64,000 nucleotides of DNA from Leptospiraceae bacterium (lineage in GTDB: Bacteria; Spirochaetota; Leptospiria; Leptospirales; Leptonemataceae): positions 256,001 to 320,000 of the forward strand of contig JAVJNR010000005.1 in assembly GCA_040217195.1 (NCBI GenBank). The letters are read 5' to 3'. The notes under the pieces were generated by a model. That model made no database searches. It had not been told where the DNA came from and saw only the letters and a program-made list of their open reading frames with translations. Of this stretch, positions 60,949-64,000 are shown in pieces. Each line of letters begins with the position of its first letter. The first letter of the stretch is position 1. Position numbers and translations under genes: made by a program.

Positions 60949-61419
60949 ATGACTCGCATATTCATTCATGGCCTGGAAGGAAGTAGCAAAGGATACAAAG
61001 CTACCCTGCTTACGCGACTCTTTCCAGATCTAATTTGCCCGCAGTTTACCGGCTCTCCAGAGCAACGAATGGAGCAACTGGATGAAATCCTCACAGGCAA
61101 ACAGGACATCAGCATTGTCGGTTCTTCCCTGGGCGGGTTGATGGCTACCCTGTACGCTTTCCAGAATCCGGATTCCATCAATCGCCTGCTATTGCTTGCG
61201 CCCGCTTTACCTGTGTATGATTGGTCGCCTTACTCGGGACAGCCCCTGAAGGCACCGGTGGTAATCTATCACGGCAAACACGACGACGTGGTTCCTCTGC
61301 CGGAAACGCAAGCACTGGCCCAGGAGTTATTCTCAAACCTGCAATTCAATTCTGTAGATGACGACCACCGGCTCAAGAAGACTGTTCGGGAACTTGATTT
61401 CAAAATGCTACTTGCATAA
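60949..61419 (+). CDS. YqiA/YcfP-like alpha/beta hydrolase
   Basis: FIHGLEGS, GSSLGG nucleophile elbow, HG..DDVVP and DDDHRL. Confidence 0.88.
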   Translation: MTRIFIHGLEGSSKGYKATLLTRLFPDLICPQFTGSPEQRMEQLDEILTGKQDISIVGSSLGGLMATLYAFQNPDSINRLLLLAPALPVYDWSPYSGQPLKAPVVIYHGKHDDVVPLPETQALAQELFSNLQFNSVDDDHRLKKTVRELDFKMLLA

Positions 61420-61668
61420 GACTTCAATAGTCTACCAGGAAGCCCTCGGTAACGGCCTTGCAAGCACCTAATTGCAGCCAGTTTCCGGCACCCGGTGCCT
61501 GGCGCCCCGGTCCACTCGGCGGAGGGCCCATTAAAAGATTGGATTCAACAGGCCGGCTACCTACAGACAAAGAGCGATGAAAGGTTTGATATTTCAATTG
61601 CGCCGACAGCAATCACGTGACTCTGTTGTCCTGTAACTACGTTGAAGCATAAGACCGGGAGCAAATGA

Positions 61669-63441
61669 ATGATATCAAGTAACTACTTCTCAGATGACGA
61701 AGACCTGAAGCTCTTGTTCGAGCGTTTAGTTGATTGGCCAGAAATCGTTAAAGAGGTAGAAGGCGAAAACTTTGCGGATCACCAGCACTACCAGAAAACA
61801 GGCGACGAGCTTTATGGGCTGGCCCCTTCAAGTGTAGAGGATGCGGTGGAGTTTTACCGATCCAGCCTTGAAGCTCTGGGTGATTTCTGCGGCAAAGAGA
61901 TTGCACAGGCTTCCGCCAGCCTGGACCGGGCCGGTCTCAGTTATGAAGACGGAGTAGTTCGCTTCCCGGAGGAGGCTGTAAAATTATATGAGAAATTTCG
62001 CGACACCGGTCTATTACCATACGCCATTCCCAGAGAAGCTGGCGGCCTGAGAATGCCTGCCGTGATGTGGGCCTTTGTTAATTTTCTCTTCACTCGATCG
62101 GATGTGTCTTTTTCCATGCTCACCGGCCTTGCCAACCTGGCCCAGATTGTCACTCGATATGGAACGCAAGACCAGATAGAGCGCTTCGCAAAGCCCATGG
62201 CCACCGGCCATCATCTCTTTGCCATGGCATTAACCGAACCGGACTATGGCTCGGATCTCGGAAACTGCCGAACAGTAGCAACAAAGCAGCCGGACGGCTC
62301 TTACAAGCTCAATGGCACAAAACGATTTATTTCTCAGGGTTGTGGCATCGGTCCTTATCCCTCCATTATGATAACGCTGGCACGTACGGGCCAGTCTGGA
62401 GCGCGAGGACTATCGGCCTTTCTTGTGCGTAGCTCGGATGCAGAAGTAGGCGGTATAGAAAAGAAGATTGGCATCCATGCATCACCCACCTGTGAGATAG
62501 TTCTAGAGGATACGCCCGGCGAGCTCCTCGCAGAAGAGGGCCACGGCCTGACCAAATGCACAATTGGAATGACAAGTTTCATGCGCCTCATCAGCGCCTC
62601 AGGTGGGCCCGGCGCTGCATGCGCTGCCTATGCGGAAAGCAAGAAGTACGCAGGCGAGCGCATTCAATTCGGTAAGACTATCGATCAAATACCGGCAGTG
62701 GCCGACATGCTCGAAATGATACGTCGGGAGACAACTGCAATGCGCCTGATGTGTCTGGAAACCGGCGTTGCCATAGACAAATATCAGCACCGACAGATCC
62801 GTCTGGAAAAGCAGGGCCTAAAGGACCGGGAAATCCGAAAAGACGAAACGATTCAAAACTGGAGTCGTCTTGCTGCCTTCTTTACTTCTCTGGCCAAATA
62901 CTATTGCTCAGAAAAAGGGATGGAGTGTACTTCCGTAGCTCTACAGATACACGGAGGGGCCGGCTATACAAATGACTACGATGTATCTCGTATGTTTCGA
63001 GATGCGCGAGTGAACACGATCTACGAGGGTACAAGCCAGTTACATGTTGGCATTAGCGTTGCAATGGTGGTTGCTGGCATGGCCGGCGACGGGTACCTCC
63101 GTCGTTACTTCGATGGACTGCTCTCAGATATTCCGGAGCCCAGTTCCTTCCTGACAGAAATCCGTGAGATAATGGAGACTGCCATACCATTGTATCGCGC
63201 CCTTTCCGACGGAGTCAGGGAACGCTTCGCCGAGCAACTGGTGCTCACAGCGGCACGCTACATGTGTAGTCTTGTATTTGAACGCGCCGCGACCAGATTG
63301 GGGCAAGATACACCCGCCCACTGGTTCACAGACAAGGAGGCTTTTCACCTGGACAGCCTCGCAGTCGCACAGGCTGCGCTGGCAAGAATCAAAAATGCCC
63401 AGAGAGTTTACAATTCCCCGAGAGAGACTACAAGCGTTTAG
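61669..63441 (+). CDS. Acyl-CoA dehydrogenase family protein
   Basis: MALTEPDYGSD, LNGTKRFIS, QIHGG.GY and RDAR...IYEGT. Confidence 0.93.
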   Translation: MISSNYFSDDEDLKLLFERLVDWPEIVKEVEGENFADHQHYQKTGDELYGLAPSSVEDAVEFYRSSLEALGDFCGKEIAQASASLDRAGLSYEDGVVRFPEEAVKLYEKFRDTGLLPYAIPREAGGLRMPAVMWAFVNFLFTRSDVSFSMLTGLANLAQIVTRYGTQDQIERFAKPMATGHHLFAMALTEPDYGSDLGNCRTVATKQPDGSYKLNGTKRFISQGCGIGPYPSIMITLARTGQSGARGLSAFLVRSSDAEVGGIEKKIGIHASPTCEIVLEDTPGELLAEEGHGLTKCTIGMTSFMRLISASGGPGAACAAYAESKKYAGERIQFGKTIDQIPAVADMLEMIRRETTAMRLMCLETGVAIDKYQHRQIRLEKQGLKDREIRKDETIQNWSRLAAFFTSLAKYYCSEKGMECTSVALQIHGGAGYTNDYDVSRMFRDARVNTIYEGTSQLHVGISVAMVVAGMAGDGYLRRYFDGLLSDIPEPSSFLTEIREIMETAIPLYRALSDGVRERFAEQLVLTAARYMCSLVFERAATRLGQDTPAHWFTDKEAFHLDSLAVAQAALARIKNAQRVYNSPRETTSV

Positions 63442-64000
63442 TTGTGTAAAGTGCCGCACCATGAAACGAGTTTCGCACACGGGTTTGCAGGTCCGGGGCT
63501 GGCTGTCGGTCAAACGATTTCATTTACGGATCAGCTCGCTGGATGCACCCCGGCGGGCCTGGCCCGATTGAAAGTTAAAGATTCTCGCCAGAGTCAGAAC
63601 CTTATATTGTCCAACGCTTTGATCTAAAACGACCCAGCACATTTTCCAATCACGGCGAATTTGTTTCGGATCCCGGAGTATAGCTGGGTCATGCAGGCTT
63701 TGTAATCTACCTGTTTGTCGAATCATGGTCCTGGATTGTGGTGTCGGCTCATTTCATTAGCTACCTGATGGCATGATCCATCGCAATTCGTTACCGCTGC
63801 GCCGAATCGGTTTTCCGGTCACCACAGACTATCTCGAAGCAAATGGAACCGGCCCTACCGAAGATCCGGGGTAGGATCGCTATCCGTTTCTCCGTAAAGC
63901 GCATGCAGAGTGGGCTTCTCCTACACTACCTCTGCAGGGCGCAGATGATAGTGCATCCGACTTCATTACTTAACCGGTATACCACTGATTCTTACACAGG

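Noticed and set aside
63442..64000. Gene or RNA at the right edge
   Set aside because: Only short ORFs and weak hairpins; nothing supportable.

Overview
A 64-kb, mostly housekeeping chromosomal segment of a bacterium, most likely Leptospiraceae (Spirochaetota). That placement is inferred from the giant GreA, many spirochaete-style lipoproteins and the gene content. Recognisable genes are hisE, hisF, coaE, ppk1, egtD/egtB, a type-2 ileS, greA, an ECF sigma/anti-sigma pair, lspA, dusA, ilvD, a YcaQ-type glycosylase, a VOC-YciI-ECF42 operon, an MFS transporter, TPMT, CorA, a DUF3556/FAD-oxidoreductase pair and an acyl-CoA dehydrogenase. I saw no rRNA, tRNA, integrase/transposase or CRISPR-cas. 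Most interesting signals: (1) an unannotated ~110-nt structured sRNA candidate with its own promoter, upstream direct repeats and terminator, upstream of hisF; (2) a four-gene envelope operon (large lipoprotein, putative outer-membrane barrel, two-HKD PLD-family lipoprotein, degenerate 5'-nucleotidase-like protein) that may be an extracellular nucleic-acid or phospholipid scavenging system; (3) an IleRS2 with the inverted GIHH motif, coupled to egtBD; (4) a non-coding tandem array of ~53-nt hairpin units; (5) a sigma70 promoter whose spacer is (TGATC)x3, followed by a 15-bp 5' hairpin; (6) an ECF42 consensus promoter ahead of its own operon; (7) a CX8CX2C radical SAM enzyme. All calls come from reading the sequence; no searches were run.
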